A stretch of 64,000 bases of DNA from Enterobacteria phage T6. Made by a program: the position numbers and the translations under genes. The notes beneath the pieces were generated by a model. It did no database searches, was not told the DNA's origin, and saw nothing but the letters and a program-made list of their open reading frames with translations. Location of the stretch: sequence record MH550421, one strand, 5' to 3'. This document shows positions 41,425 to 52,377 of the stretch, one piece after another (positions within the stretch are counted from its first letter, which is position 1; every line of letters begins with the position of its first letter).

Positions 41425-42591
41425 TTAAAAGTATTTTTTAAAACTCATCATAACTTTATCATCAACATCATTATCAATCTGTGCAACAAGGTAAGATGAC
41501 AATTCTACTTCTTGTGGCGCAGATTGAACATTATCAGAATTAAGATATTCACGAATCCAAGGATATGGATGTTTAACCGGAGCATCGGTAATTGGGCATG
41601 GAAGACCACACTGTTTCATACGAGATACAGTTAAGTAATCAATAAAGCTCCACATGCTATTTGTATTTAATCCAGGAACATCGCCATCTTTAAATAAATG
41701 AACTGCCCAATCTTTTTCTTGGCGGTTAACTTCCATGAAAATATCAACTGCTTCTTGTTCACACTCTTGAGCAATTTTAACCCATTCATCGCCATCAGTG
41801 CCAAGTTGAAGTTGACGAATAATATATTGAGTGCCTTTAAGGTGAAGCTGTTCATCACGTGCAATGAACTTCATAATCTTAGCATTACCTTCCATAATTT
41901 CCATGTTCTTATGGAAGTTAAAGGTACAAGCAAAAGATACATAAAAACGAATAGCTTCCAATGCGTTGATTACATGGAGGCAGAGATAAAGAGATTTCAT
42001 CAGATCTCGTTTAGCTCTTTGCTCAACGTCTTTATCGGCCAGAATTAGACCTTGGTCTTTATAATATTTAACCATGTCTTTGGCATTTTCCCAGGCACGG
42101 GTTTTAAGCAAGACATCATCATAATATTTACCAATGGATTCAGCACGTTTCATAATAGCTTCGTCCAACAGAATTTCATCAAATACTTTAGATGGGTCTG
42201 CGAACAGGTTACGCATAATATGAGTATAAGAACGTGAGTGAATTGTTTCACTAAAAGTCCATGTAGCAACCCATGTATCAAGACTTGGGTCTGAAATTAA
42301 TGACATAAGTACAGCAGATGGCGCACGACCCTGAATGCTATCCAAAAGTGATTGATACTTCAGGTTATTAGTAAAAATATTTTGCTGATACTGAGGAAGC
42401 TTATTAAACTGTGCAGCATCCATCATTAAGTTTACTTCTTCAGGACGCCAAAAAAATGATAAAGATTTCTCAATAAGTTCTTCAAATACTCTATGTCGTT
42501 GAATATCATATCGAGCTAAACCCAATCCAGAACCAAAAAACATCGGCTCAGTCAAAATATTAACAGGGGATGTATTAAAAACTGTACTCAT
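41425..42591 (-). CDS. nrdB: Ribonucleotide reductase small subunit NrdB (no intron)
   Basis: 388 aa continuous ORF; MSTVFNTSPVNILTEPMFFGSGLGLARYDIQRHRVFEELIEK... Confidence 0.95.
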   Translation of the reverse strand: MSTVFNTSPVNILTEPMFFGSGLGLARYDIQRHRVFEELIEKSLSFFWRPEEVNLMMDAAQFNKLPQYQQNIFTNNLKYQSLLDSIQGRAPSAVLMSLISDPSLDTWVATWTFSETIHSRSYTHIMRNLFADPSKVFDEILLDEAIMKRAESIGKYYDDVLLKTRAWENAKDMVKYYKDQGLILADKDVEQRAKRDLMKSLYLCLHVINALEAIRFYVSFACTFNFHKNMEIMEGNAKIMKFIARDEQLHLKGTQYIIRQLQLGTDGDEWVKIAQECEQEAVDIFMEVNRQEKDWAVHLFKDGDVPGLNTNSMWSFIDYLTVSRMKQCGLPCPITDAPVKHPYPWIREYLNSDNVQSAPQEVELSSYLVAQIDNDVDDKVMMSFKKYF

Positions 42592-43229
42592 TTAGAATCC
42601 TTAAATTTACATTTATCATAATGCCATCTTAAAGCATTGCCTTTATTAACTTTCTTGCCACAATGCGGACAAGGCGGATACTCTGTACCTTGCTTAGTTC
42701 TCAAAGAAATCAAATCACGGGTTTCTTTAGTATGAGGAACATCTCTTGTCGGAGAGATTGTACCATACATCGGATTAAGCACGCCGACTTTAGCAGCAGC
42801 TATATTCTTTTTAGCTTCTTCGGTTTTAGGTTTTCTCATGCGAGCTAAATGCTCTTTGGTAAATTTCCTTCCTTTAAGGGCTCTACTTATCTTTTCTCTG
42901 GTTTCCATAGAAACTTCACGTCCTGTAGCAGCTTCAGATAAACGTCGTCTACCTAATTCGTACAGTTGAGAAGAAATTTTATATGAGCGATTTTTACCAG
43001 TCAAGCACATTAAACCAAAAGCTTTCTTTAATCCTGGAGTGTCATATATTTTACATAAAAGCCAATGAGCTATAAAATGCTCTCTACCTGTTAATTCAAC
43101 TAAATTTTCTTTATCATCAGAACCTCCCATACATCTAGGGATTATATGATGAGTCTCTTTATATTCGGATAAAGGTTCCCGAGCCTGAGCTCGGGAAATT
43201 AGGTCATTATAGATTTTTTGATAATTCAT
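42588..43229 (-). CDS. mobE: HNH homing endonuclease MobE
   Basis: 213 aa; ETHHIIPRCMGG...NLVELT..EHFIAH; located between nrdA and nrdB with overlapping start/stop codons. Confidence 0.8.
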   Translation of the reverse strand: MNYQKIYNDLISRAQAREPLSEYKETHHIIPRCMGGSDDKENLVELTGREHFIAHWLLCKIYDTPGLKKAFGLMCLTGKNRSYKISSQLYELGRRRLSEAATGREVSMETREKISRALKGRKFTKEHLARMRKPKTEEAKKNIAAAKVGVLNPMYGTISPTRDVPHTKETRDLISLRTKQGTEYPPCPHCGKKVNKGNALRWHYDKCKFKDSK

Positions 43230-45493
43230 TACAATTTACACGCTGCACAATCGTCGGCTTTAGGAGTTTCTATTTCATAATCATCAGTACCAGAACCATC
43301 ACGGGTATTATGATAATAGAAATTTTTAATGCCATAATACCATCCGTATAGCATGTCATCAATCATTATTGACATTGGAACCTTTCCCTTTGGAAAAATC
43401 TGCGGGTCATAGTATGTATTCGCTGAAGCTGATTGACATACCCATTTCAGCATAATAGCTACTTGCGTAAGATAAGGTTTATTACCTTTCTTAGCTAATT
43501 TCCATGTATAATCATAGAGGTCTATGTTATGCTCAATATTGGGCACGACTTGATTAAAGGAGCCCTCTTTTGATTCTTTAACAGAGACTGGTCCACGTGG
43601 AGGCTCGATACCGTTTGTACTGTTAGAAACTTGGGAAGATGACTCACATGGCATAAGTGCTGATAATGTGCTATTACGGATGCCAAAGAGCTTAAGGTCT
43701 TCCCGCAGCGACGACCAGTCACAAACGTATTTTGGAGCTGCGATTTGGTCAATCTTTTTATTGTACCAGTCGATAGGTAATTCGCCTCGAGACCAACGAG
43801 TGTCTGAATAATATTCGCAAGGTCCTTTTTCTTTGGCGAGCTTAATGGATGCTTTAATGAGTCCATACTGTAATCTCTCAAATAGTTCATGTGTTAAATC
43901 GTTAGCATCTTCATAAGAAGCAAAGTTACTTGCCAGCCAAGCTGCATAGTTAGTAACACCTACACCAAGGTTACGACGCTTTTTAGCTTTTTCTGCTTCA
44001 GGAACTGGATATCCTTGGTAATCCAAAAGATTATCAAGAGCACGAACTTGAACTTCTGCCAATTCATTAATTTTATCTTGGTCTTGCCAGTCAAAATTAT
44101 CCAACACAAATGCAGATAACGTACACAATCCAATTTCAGCATCAGGGCTATTCACATCATTTGTTGGAATAGCAATTTCACAACACAAGTTACTCTGACG
44201 AATAGGTGCCTTTTCACGAATAAACGGAGTATAGTTATTAGTATTATCAATGAACTGTACATAAATCCTTGCTGTTCCTGAACGTTCAGTCATGAGCAAT
44301 TCAAATAGTTCACGGGCTTTAATACGCTTTTTACGAATATTAGGGTCTTTTTCTGCTGCTTCGTATAATTCACGGAAACGGTCTTGGTCTTTAAAATAAG
44401 AATAATAAAGCTCTCCACCCATTTCATGCGGACTGAACAAAGTAATGTAATCGTTCTTTCCGAATCGTTCCATCATCAAATCATTCAGTTGAACACCATA
44501 ATCCATATGACGAATGCGGTTTTCTTCTACGCCTTTGTTATTTTTCAAAACGAGAAGATTTTCAACTTCCAAATGCCAAATAGGATAATAAGCAGTAGCA
44601 GCGCCGCCACGAATTCCACCCTGTGAACATGATTTAACTGCAGTCTGAAAATGTTTCCAAAAAGGAATAACACCAGTATGGCGTACTTCACCCATGCCAA
44701 TCTTAGAACCTTCAGCACGAATCATACCAACGTTAATACCAATTCCAGCGCGTTTAGAGATATATTCAACAATTGAAGCGGAAGCCTTATTGATAGACTT
44801 CAGCGAATCACCTGCCTCAATAACAACGCATGAACTGAACTGTCGAGTCGGAGTACGACAACCAGCCATAATAGGAGTTGGCAGTGAAATCTGTCGAGTA
44901 GATACTGCTTCATAAAAACGGATAACATGTTTTAATCTATCAACAGGTTCATCTTGATGCAGTGCCATTCCAATAGTCATAAATGCAAACTGTGGAGTTT
45001 CATAAATTTGACCAGTGGTTTTATCTTTAACTAAATATTTTTCTTTTAATTGCATCGCCCCGGAATAAGTAAATTCCATATCCCGCTCGTGCTTAATTTT
45101 TGATTCTAAAAATGTAATTTCTTCTGCTGAATATTTTGACAACAATTCAGGGTCATATTTACCTTCATTTACACAGTAAGAAATATGGTCAATAAATGAA
45201 CGTGGTTCATACTGCCCATAAACATGCTTACGAAGAGCGAACATTAAACAGCGTGCAGCTACGTATTGATAATCCGGCTCTTCAACCGAAATAGAATTCG
45301 CAGCGGCCTTAATGACAATAGTCTGAATATCATCAGTTGTCATTCCATCACGGAGATAAGATTTAATATTTTCATATAATTCATAAGGATCTACTGATGT
45401 TCCTTCAGCTGCCCAAGATAAAACTTTAATAATTTTTTGCGGGTCAAAGCTCTGAGAAACACCACTACTTTTGATAACATTAATTAATTGCAT
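43229..45493 (-). CDS. nrdA: Ribonucleotide reductase large subunit NrdA
   Basis: 754 aa; [31 protein letters not shown]...; class Ia RNR motifs. Confidence 0.97.
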   Translation of the reverse strand: MQLINVIKSSGVSQSFDPQKIIKVLSWAAEGTSVDPYELYENIKSYLRDGMTTDDIQTIVIKAAANSISVEEPDYQYVAARCLMFALRKHVYGQYEPRSFIDHISYCVNEGKYDPELLSKYSAEEITFLESKIKHERDMEFTYSGAMQLKEKYLVKDKTTGQIYETPQFAFMTIGMALHQDEPVDRLKHVIRFYEAVSTRQISLPTPIMAGCRTPTRQFSSCVVIEAGDSLKSINKASASIVEYISKRAGIGINVGMIRAEGSKIGMGEVRHTGVIPFWKHFQTAVKSCSQGGIRGGAATAYYPIWHLEVENLLVLKNNKGVEENRIRHMDYGVQLNDLMMERFGKNDYITLFSPHEMGGELYYSYFKDQDRFRELYEAAEKDPNIRKKRIKARELFELLMTERSGTARIYVQFIDNTNNYTPFIREKAPIRQSNLCCEIAIPTNDVNSPDAEIGLCTLSAFVLDNFDWQDQDKINELAEVQVRALDNLLDYQGYPVPEAEKAKKRRNLGVGVTNYAAWLASNFASYEDANDLTHELFERLQYGLIKASIKLAKEKGPCEYYSDTRWSRGELPIDWYNKKIDQIAAPKYVCDWSSLREDLKLFGIRNSTLSALMPCESSSQVSNSTNGIEPPRGPVSVKESKEGSFNQVVPNIEHNIDLYDYTWKLAKKGNKPYLTQVAIMLKWVCQSASANTYYDPQIFPKGKVPMSIMIDDMLYGWYYGIKNFYYHNTRDGSGTDDYEIETPKADDCAACKL

Positions 45494-45810
45494 AAGTCCT
45501 CAACTTGAAAATCGTCTTTAAACAGTCGGTTAACTATATGAGCTATTATATCACCATGACACGGCTTTGGTTTACATGTGCATCCTAGCCTCATTCCACG
45601 TAAAGGCTCTAAATGTGCTTTAGTTATTTCTCCGGATTTAATTCGACGTATAAAATCTTTTTTGAATAATTCAATGGCAGCCTCCCGGCTGCCAGCATCT
45701 TTACCGACGTAATTTCCCCAAAATGTACCGCGGTGAATATTAACATCAAAGTCGGATTTATATTTATTCACTACCCGACATAGACGGCCCGCGCGGTGAT
45801 AATTCGGCAT
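45484..45810 (-). CDS. Hypothetical protein (nrdA.1-like)
   Basis: 108-aa ORF overlapping nrdA start by 10 nt. Confidence 0.5.
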   Translation of the reverse strand: MPNYHRAGRLCRVVNKYKSDFDVNIHRGTFWGNYVGKDAGSREAAIELFKKDFIRRIKSGEITKAHLEPLRGMRLGCTCKPKPCHGDIIAHIVNRLFKDDFQVEDLCN

Positions 45811-46027
45811 ATTGTTTTTCCGTTAAAACAGTAATATCGTAGTAACAGTCAGAAGAAGTTTTAACTGTGGAAATTTTATTATCAAAATACTCACGAGTCA
45901 TTTTATGAGTATAATATTTTTTGCCATAAATGATAATAGGCTGATTTGGTCCTGGAACTTCTAACTCACTTGGGTTAGGAAGTGTAAAAAGAACTACACC
46001 AGAAGTATCTTTAAATCGTAAAATCAT
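45764..46027 (-). CDS. Hypothetical protein (nrdA.2-like)
   Basis: 87 aa from ATG at 46027 (track start 46039 is TTG); overlaps next ORF by 47 nt. Confidence 0.45.
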   Translation of the reverse strand: MILRFKDTSGVVLFTLPNPSELEVPGPNQPIIIYGKKYYTHKMTREYFDNKISTVKTSSDCYYDITVLTEKQYAELSPRGPSMSGSE

Positions 46028-46050
46028 ATATCCTCGCAATTAAATTGAAA

Positions 46051-46362
46051 TTACACCGCCATCTTTCCTTTAATTGGCGGGTGAGATACATAGTTGTTAA
46101 GAACAAAATTATGCGGCTTTGCGAATTGACTCAACCAAAATACCTGCGATTCTGTGTTCCATTCATCAAATTCATCTGGAAATTTTAATTGTAATTCGCA
46201 TAAATCCATAGGTTCACGACGTAAAATTTCTTTACATTGTTCTACGTGATTCATATAGATATGAGTATTACCACCAGAAAATATCAAATCTCCTGGAATA
46301 AGATTACACATCTTAGCTGCAATATGAACTAACGCAGCGTATGATGCAATATTAAATGGTAG
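46051..46362 (-). CDS. td: Thymidylate synthase, exon 2
   Basis: Exon begins CUACCAUUUAAUAUUGCAUC directly after intron terminal AUG; encodes 103 aa ...LPFNIASYAALVHIAAKMCNL... to stop. Confidence 0.9.
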   Translation of the reverse strand, partial: LPFNIASYAALVHIAAKMCNLIPGDLIFSGGNTHIYMNHVEQCKEILRREPMDLCELQLKFPDEFDEWNTESQVFWLSQFAKPHNFVLNNYVSHPPIKGKMAV

Positions 46363-47378
46363 CATTATGTTCAGATAAGGTCGTTAATCTTACCCCGGAA
46401 TTATATCCAGCTGCATGTCACCATGCAGATCAGACTATATCTCCAACTTGTTAAAGCAAGTTGTCTATCGTTTCGAGTCACTTGACCCTACTCCCCAAAG
46501 GGATAGTCGTTAGGCATTTATGTAGAACCAATTCCATTTATCAGATTTTACACGATAAGTAACTAATCCAGACGAAATTTTAAAATGTCTAGCTGCATCT
46601 GCTGCACAATCAAAAATAACCCCATCACATGAAATCTTTTTAATATTACTAGGCTTTTTACCTTTCATCTTTTCTGATATTTTAGATTTAGTTATGTCTG
46701 AATGCTTATGATTAAAGAATGAATTATTTTCACCTGAACGATTTCTGCATTTACTACAAGTATAAGCAGAAGTTTGTATGCGAACACCGCACTTACAAAA
46801 CTTATGGGTTTCTGGATTCCAACGCCCGTTTTTACTTCCGGGTTTACTGTAAAGAGCTTTCCGACCATCAGGTCCAAGTTTAAGCATCTTAGCTTTAACA
46901 GTTTCAGAACGTTTCTTAATAATTTCTTCTTTTAATGGATGCGTAGAACATGTATCACCAAACGTTGCATCAGCAATATTGTATCCATTAATTTTAGAAT
47001 TAAGCTCTTTAATCCAAAAATTTTCTCGTTCAATAATCAAATCTTTCTCATATGGAATTTCTTCCAAAATAGAACATTCAAACACATTACCATGTTTGTT
47101 AAAAGACCTCTGAAGTTTTATAGAAGAATGGCATCCTTTTTCTAAATCTTTAAAATGCCTCTTCCATCTCTTTTCAAAATCTTTAGCACTTCCTACATAT
47201 ACTTTATTGTTTAAAGTATTTTTAATCTGATAAATTCCGCTTTTCATAAATACCTCTTTAAATATAGAAGTATTTATTAAAGGGCAGTCCTACAATTTAG
47301 CACGGGATTGTCTACTAGAGAGGTTCCCCGTTTAGATAGATTACAAGTATAAGTCACCTTATACTCAGGCCTCAATTA
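46363..47378 (-). mobile_element. Group I self-splicing intron in td (1016 nt) carrying the I-TevI ORF
   Basis: 5' exon ends ...UUGGGU, intron starts UAAUUGAGGCCUGAGUAUAAGGUGACUUAUACUUGUAAUCUAUCUAAACGGGGAACC and ends ...CUGAACAUAAUG; 1016 nt as in T4 td. Confidence 0.9.
46510..47247 (-). CDS. I-TevI: Intron-encoded GIY-YIG homing endonuclease I-TevI
   Basis: 245 aa; MKSGIYQIKNTLNNKVYVGSAKDFEKRWKRHF...; inside the td intron. Confidence 0.95.
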   Translation of the reverse strand: MKSGIYQIKNTLNNKVYVGSAKDFEKRWKRHFKDLEKGCHSSIKLQRSFNKHGNVFECSILEEIPYEKDLIIERENFWIKELNSKINGYNIADATFGDTCSTHPLKEEIIKKRSETVKAKMLKLGPDGRKALYSKPGSKNGRWNPETHKFCKCGVRIQTSAYTCSKCRNRSGENNSFFNHKHSDITKSKISEKMKGKKPSNIKKISCDGVIFDCAADAARHFKISSGLVTYRVKSDKWNWFYINA

Positions 47379-47927
47379 ACCCAAGAAAACATCTACTGAT
47401 CGTTGATACCACTGCAAATCCAAATAGCCGTTACGCACATTAAACTGATAGAACATATGACAAGGCGGTAATGCCATATATTTAAGTTCAGCTGGATTCC
47501 ATGCAGAAACAATTTGACGCCTATCATTTGGCAATTTTTTAATACGATCAACAACTTCTATAATTTGGTCTACACCGCCAAAATCGCGCCATTGTTTTCC
47601 ATAAATTGGACCAAGTTCACCGCTATGGTATCCTAAATCTTTTGCTTGATTTTCGTAATTTTCATCCCAGACTGTTTTGCCTTGGATTAACGAATCATGC
47701 TGAATTAATCGTAAATCATTGACATTTGTGCTTCCTGATAAAAACCATATTAGCTCAGCAATGCAAGCTTTCCAGGCGAGCTTCTTAGTTGTTACCGCAG
47801 GAAAACCTTTAGTTAAATCCCAACGTAATTTAGTACCGAACAAAGCAATTGTTCCTGTGCCTGTTCGGTCATCGGTTTCGTAGCCATTTTCAAAAATGTC
47901 TTTAATTAAATCTTGGTATTGTTTCAT
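47379..47927 (-). CDS. td: Thymidylate synthase, exon 1
   Basis: 183 codons MKQYQDLIKDIFENGYETDDRTGTGTIALFG...; exon 1 + exon 2 = 286 aa. Confidence 0.9.
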
Positions 47928-47971
47928 TTAGTACCTTATATAAATTATAATACATTTTATGAAGCTAATAA

Positions 47972-48319
47972 TTAATACGGTTTAGCATCAAATTTTCTCT
48001 CAATTTCAGGAGTGAAATATAATTCTTTACCGCGTTTGGAAAAGCGACCAATAATATGATAATTATTCTCATCAAACGTAATATTACCAATATCCATAGC
48101 TTTCAACCAAATATCGATATTTCTATCCAGCTTTATGTCAAAATTCCAATACGGAGAACTATTACCGAAAATACTGCAAGCAGATTCAGTGAAACAACTG
48201 CTATAAATCTTGTCTTTAGGAACTACTAATTGATAGACACCTTTAATAAACTGAGGACCCTGCCATTTAGGTTGTTTCGCGTCTTTTTCTAATAGAATAG
48301 GGTAATAATTAAAATTCAT
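47972..48319 (-). CDS. Hypothetical protein between frd and td
   Basis: About 115 aa from ATG at 48319 (track start 48331 is GTG); no recognisable motif. Confidence 0.45.
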   Translation of the reverse strand: MNFNYYPILLEKDAKQPKWQGPQFIKGVYQLVVPKDKIYSSCFTESACSIFGNSSPYWNFDIKLDRNIDIWLKAMDIGNITFDENNYHIIGRFSKRGKELYFTPEIERKFDAKPY

Positions 48320-48339
48320 ATTTTCCGCCACGCGTTATT

Positions 48340-49162
<823 letters not shown>

Positions 49163-49178
<16 letters not shown>

Positions 49179-49522
49179 TGAAAAGAGTCATGAGCATATC
49201 CGCTAGCGTCAATCATTTTAACTAAAGTTACCATTCCTCTGTTAACTGCTTGCGCGATTTCATCAAAAACTTCATCAATATCACCATAAAGATCGCTAAA
49301 AAGTTCTAACACGTTCTTCTGAACTTTTAATTTACAGCCAACAATTTCGCCTACAGTAAATTCGTTTCCGCCAAATCCAGCGTAAAATGTAATTACACCC
49401 ATTAACTGGCTTTCACGGGAATCTATGTCGTGTGATAAATTAATATAAGCCGTCCCAGGCGCGGTTTTAAGTTGGCAACGAATACTTACTCGAGCAATTC
49501 CAGCTACACGAATGTCAGACAT
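49163..49522 (-). CDS. Hypothetical protein (frd.2-like)
   Basis: 119-aa ORF. Confidence 0.5.
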
Positions 49523-49532
49523 ATTATTTTCC

Positions 49533-49775
49533 TCAGACAGACTTTTTCACAATTTTCCAATCAGCTTTAAACTGATCAACATCAGAATGATAAATCCAGA
49601 ATCCTGCGCTTTCTCCGTCTTCATAAAGAGGACATCCATCGCATTCATCTTCCCATCCCATATCACGTAAAAGATGTTCAGCTTTTTCAACAAGTTCAGA
49701 ATCTTTACCGATGATATTAAAATACCATTTACCTCTAACTTCCGAATCTTTAATGCTCTGACGTTGTAATCTCAT
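49533..49775 (-). CDS. Hypothetical protein (frd.3-like)
   Basis: 80-aa ORF with GGAG Shine-Dalgarno. Confidence 0.5.
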   Translation of the reverse strand: MRLQRQSIKDSEVRGKWYFNIIGKDSELVEKAEHLLRDMGWEDECDGCPLYEDGESAGFWIYHSDVDQFKADWKIVKKSV

Positions 49776-49878
49776 TTTATTCTCCTTAGCAAGCTTTAAT
49801 CAAAAGATATAAACAAACCAACATAACTGCTGCCATAATATAAGGTGCGAACATTTTCTTTTCTCCATTAGTTTTGAT

Positions 49879-49914
49879 AGGGTAATAGTATCACACTACT
49901 ACCCTGTTGTAAAC
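49879..49914 (-). promoter_or_regulatory. Candidate early promoter (GTTTACA-N17-TACTAT) with -10 enclosed by inverted repeat
   Basis: Arms AGGGTA / TACCCT flank the -10; located in 138-nt intergenic region. Confidence 0.45.
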
Positions 49915-50300
49915 TACTTTTTGAAAGTTTTTCGCAAAAGTTCAATGATTTCATCTACATTGTTTTCATCTACAATGCAGTGAATTTTTGTTACACCAGA
50001 AACCTTGTCTTTAACTTCATCCTCTTCAGAAGTCGGTTCTTTATATTCGCGGAAACAATAAAACTCTTCTTCACTAAGTTCAAAATAATCATCACCCATA
50101 CCATCATCATTATAGATTTCACCATTAGCACAAATGATTTCGGTTACATAATCAAATCCATCTAAACTTGATATTGATTTAACTTCAAACCAACCACCAT
50201 TTTCTTGAATGATGCCGACCATATTAGCATTTGATGAACTAATATCAATGAAAGATTTAATACGGTGTGGATTTAACTCGTATTTTTTGCCGATTTCCAT
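49914..50300 (-). CDS. Hypothetical protein
   Basis: Track ORF 49914..50357; ATG at 50300 (MEIGKKYELN...) has GAGGA Shine-Dalgarno and leaves hairpin 50323-50340 intergenic. Confidence 0.45.
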   Translation of the reverse strand: MEIGKKYELNPHRIKSFIDISSSNANMVGIIQENGGWFEVKSISSLDGFDYVTEIICANGEIYNDDGMGDDYFELSEEEFYCFREYKEPTSEEDEVKDKVSGVTKIHCIVDENNVDEIIELLRKTFKK

Positions 50301-50346
50301 TTTGATTTTCCTCATTTTTAATAGGGGCTTAATAGCCCCTTGATAA

Positions 50347-50574
50347 TTATTGTTCAATCAGTCCCATGTAAAATTCTGCGTCTTCAGCATCCATACCGTC
50401 GCAGTATTCATTAGCCATAAAGCGGGTGAGGTCTTCAAGAGGACCTTCAATAACGATTTGAATACTCCAAAACTTAGAATCTTGTACGCTTGTGATACTA
50501 AGTTCAGGATAACGATTACGAATAATTTCTTCAATATATTCAAAATCAACGATGTCAATATCAACTTTAGCCAT
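50347..50574 (-). CDS. Hypothetical small protein
   Basis: Track ORF 50347..50637; likely start ATG at 50574 ([10 protein letters not shown]...) with AAGAGGAAAA Shine-Dalgarno. Confidence 0.45.
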   Translation of the reverse strand: MAKVDIDIVDFEYIEEIIRNRYPELSITSVQDSKFWSIQIVIEGPLEDLTRFMANEYCDGMDAEDAEFYMGLIEQ

Positions 50575-50617
50575 ATTATTTTCCTCTTTAATTATCAACA
50601 GTATTGCCGATAGTTGT

Positions 50618-50647
50618 ATAGTACCATGGAAGAACAAGGATGTAAAC
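50618..50647 (-). promoter_or_regulatory. Candidate early promoter (GTTTACA-N17-TACTAT)
   Basis: Minus strand GTTTACA then 17 nt then TACTAT, just downstream of gene 32 terminator. Confidence 0.4.
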
Positions 50648-50677
50648 AGTTTTGTGAAAAAATTTTGAAATAAAAAA

Positions 50678-50695
50678 GGGGACCTCTAGGGTCCC
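50678..50695 (-). terminator. Intrinsic terminator after gene 32
   Basis: GGGGACC-UAGA-GGUCCCC hairpin followed by UUUUUUA on minus transcript. Confidence 0.7.
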
Positions 50696-50718
50696 CAATT
50701 AATTAGTAATATAATCTA

Positions 50719-51627
50719 TTAAAGATCATTCAAAAGGTCATCCAGGTCCGTGTCATCAGCACTAGATGAACTACCAGAGCTTGAGCTCATAAAATCATCT
50801 TCAGTTTTTGTATTGAAGTCATCAACATTGAATGCATCCAAATCATCAGCAACTTTATCAGCTTTCTTAGCAGCAGTCGCTGCGGCACCACCCATTGCAG
50901 CAGTTCCCATAACTTGACTGAACTTAGTGCTCAGTTCTTCAAACGATTTGAATTTATCTTTAGAAGTCATTTCAGAAAGATCAACCATTTGTTCGAACAG
51001 TTCTTTCTGGAAAGATTCATCGTCAATGTTTGGAATCGCAGATTGATTCAGGAATTTAGATTCGTCGTAGTTACTAAATCCAGAAACTTGTTTAACTTTC
51101 AGTACAAAGTTAGCACCTTCCCACGGGCAAGTTACATCAACCGGGGTTTCACCCATTTCGACATCAACTGCAATCATTGCATTGATTTTATCCCAGATTT
51201 TCTTACCGAAACGGTATTTAAATACTTTACCTTCGTTTTCTGGAGCAGCTGGGTCTTTTACAACAAGAATATTAGCCCAGTAAGAAGTTTTACGTTTAAC
51301 AAGACTGTACTCTTTATTGTCAGTGTTGTACAGATCATTTTTACTGATGTACTGACATACTGGGCAAGAATCGTAATCACCATGGGTAGATGAACATGTT
51401 TCAATATACCATTTACCATTTTTCTTGAAACCGTGATTTACAAGAATTGCGAATGGTGCTTGTTCATCATTTTTAGACGGAAGAAAACGAATTACTGCTT
51501 GACCGTTACCCGCATTATCGAGTTTCAGTTTCCACTCGCCTTTATCTTCAGAAGAAAAACCACCTTTATTTCCAGCCAGTTTAGCCATTTGCGCAGCGAG
51601 TTCAGCAGTAGATTTACGTTTAAACAT
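50719..51627 (-). CDS. 32: Single-stranded DNA-binding protein gp32
   Basis: 301 aa; [50 protein letters not shown]...; zinc site and acidic C-terminus. Confidence 0.97.
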
Positions 51628-51702
51628 TTTTATTTCCTTTTTAATTTAATTAACAGTTGGTGCTATGACGATGTATGACCTCATAGCTGGTCAGTGAGAT
51701 AA
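51628..51702 (-). promoter_or_regulatory. Gene 32 translational operator (pseudoknot plus A/U-rich unstructured region)
   Basis: Leader contains GCUGACCAGCUAUGAGGUCAUACAUCGUCAUAGCAC followed by AUUAAAUUAAAAAGGAAAUAAAAAUG, matching the described T4 gene 32 autoregulatory site. Confidence 0.7.
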
Positions 51703-52365
51703 TTATAAGCTATTTATAGGAAGCAATTGATACTTGCAAGATTTCACAGATTCAATGAAAACATTTTTAGCTTTCGGAGAATCAATATTTAAAATTTTTC
51801 TATAAGCCTTTAACTTTATAGAATAATTATTCCAGACTAAATTATCAGTCTGTTCATCATGTTTATCAATTATATTTAAAAATGAATCAAGCAAGATAAA
51901 CGTCTCAAACGAAATTATGTTCGATTGCAGAAGTTTAAAAATATAACTTGACTGAACCTTTGGATTATATTCAAAGATTTCTTTAAAAGCAGAAACTTCA
52001 ACTTTTTTACTAAAATAATAAATATTGCGAATATCTTCTTCAAACTTAAATTTAATTTGCTTTAAGCGTCCGATATATTCACGATAAAACACAAGTGCAT
52101 CAGCGTCAGAGATGTCACCAATCCAAGCATCTTGGTTAGCAACAAGATTGCTTATAAAGATTAAAGCAAGTTCCTTTAATTTATATTTTTCTGATAACTT
52201 CTGGAAAAAATACTTATCCCTTCGCTTTTGATAAGCGGCATCAGACACCCGCATGCACCAATTATACTTAATAACATCATACTTTCCATTCATATGTTGT
52301 TTTATCATTAAGTATAATTTATAAACTGATTTACCATCAATGTATCTTTCACCACCAGCAGGCAT
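51703..52365 (-). CDS. 59: Helicase loader gp59
   Basis: 220-aa ORF; conserved position between 33 and 32. Confidence 0.85.
   Translation of the reverse strand: MPAGGERYIDGKSVYKLYLMIKQHMNGKYDVIKYNWCMRVSDAAYQKRRDKYFFQKLSEKYKLKELALIFISNLVANQDAWIGDISDADALVFYREYIGRLKQIKFKFEEDIRNIYYFSKKVEVSAFKEIFEYNPKVQSSYIFKLLQSNIISFETFILLDSFLNIIDKHDEQTDNLVWNNYSIKLKAYRKILNIDSPKAKNVFIESVKSCKYQLLPINSL
51711..51718 (-). promoter_or_regulatory. Candidate late promoter for gene 32
   Basis: TATAAATA on minus strand within 3' end of gene 59. Confidence 0.5.
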
Positions 52366-52377
52366 GGCGGAGTTTAA

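Noticed and set aside
45764-45810. 47-nt overlap between the nrdA.2-like and nrdA.1-like ORFs, considered as a third frameshift fusing one gene
   Set aside because: Both ORFs have plausible independent starts and I have no length expectation supporting a fused product; left as two overlapping genes with low confidence.
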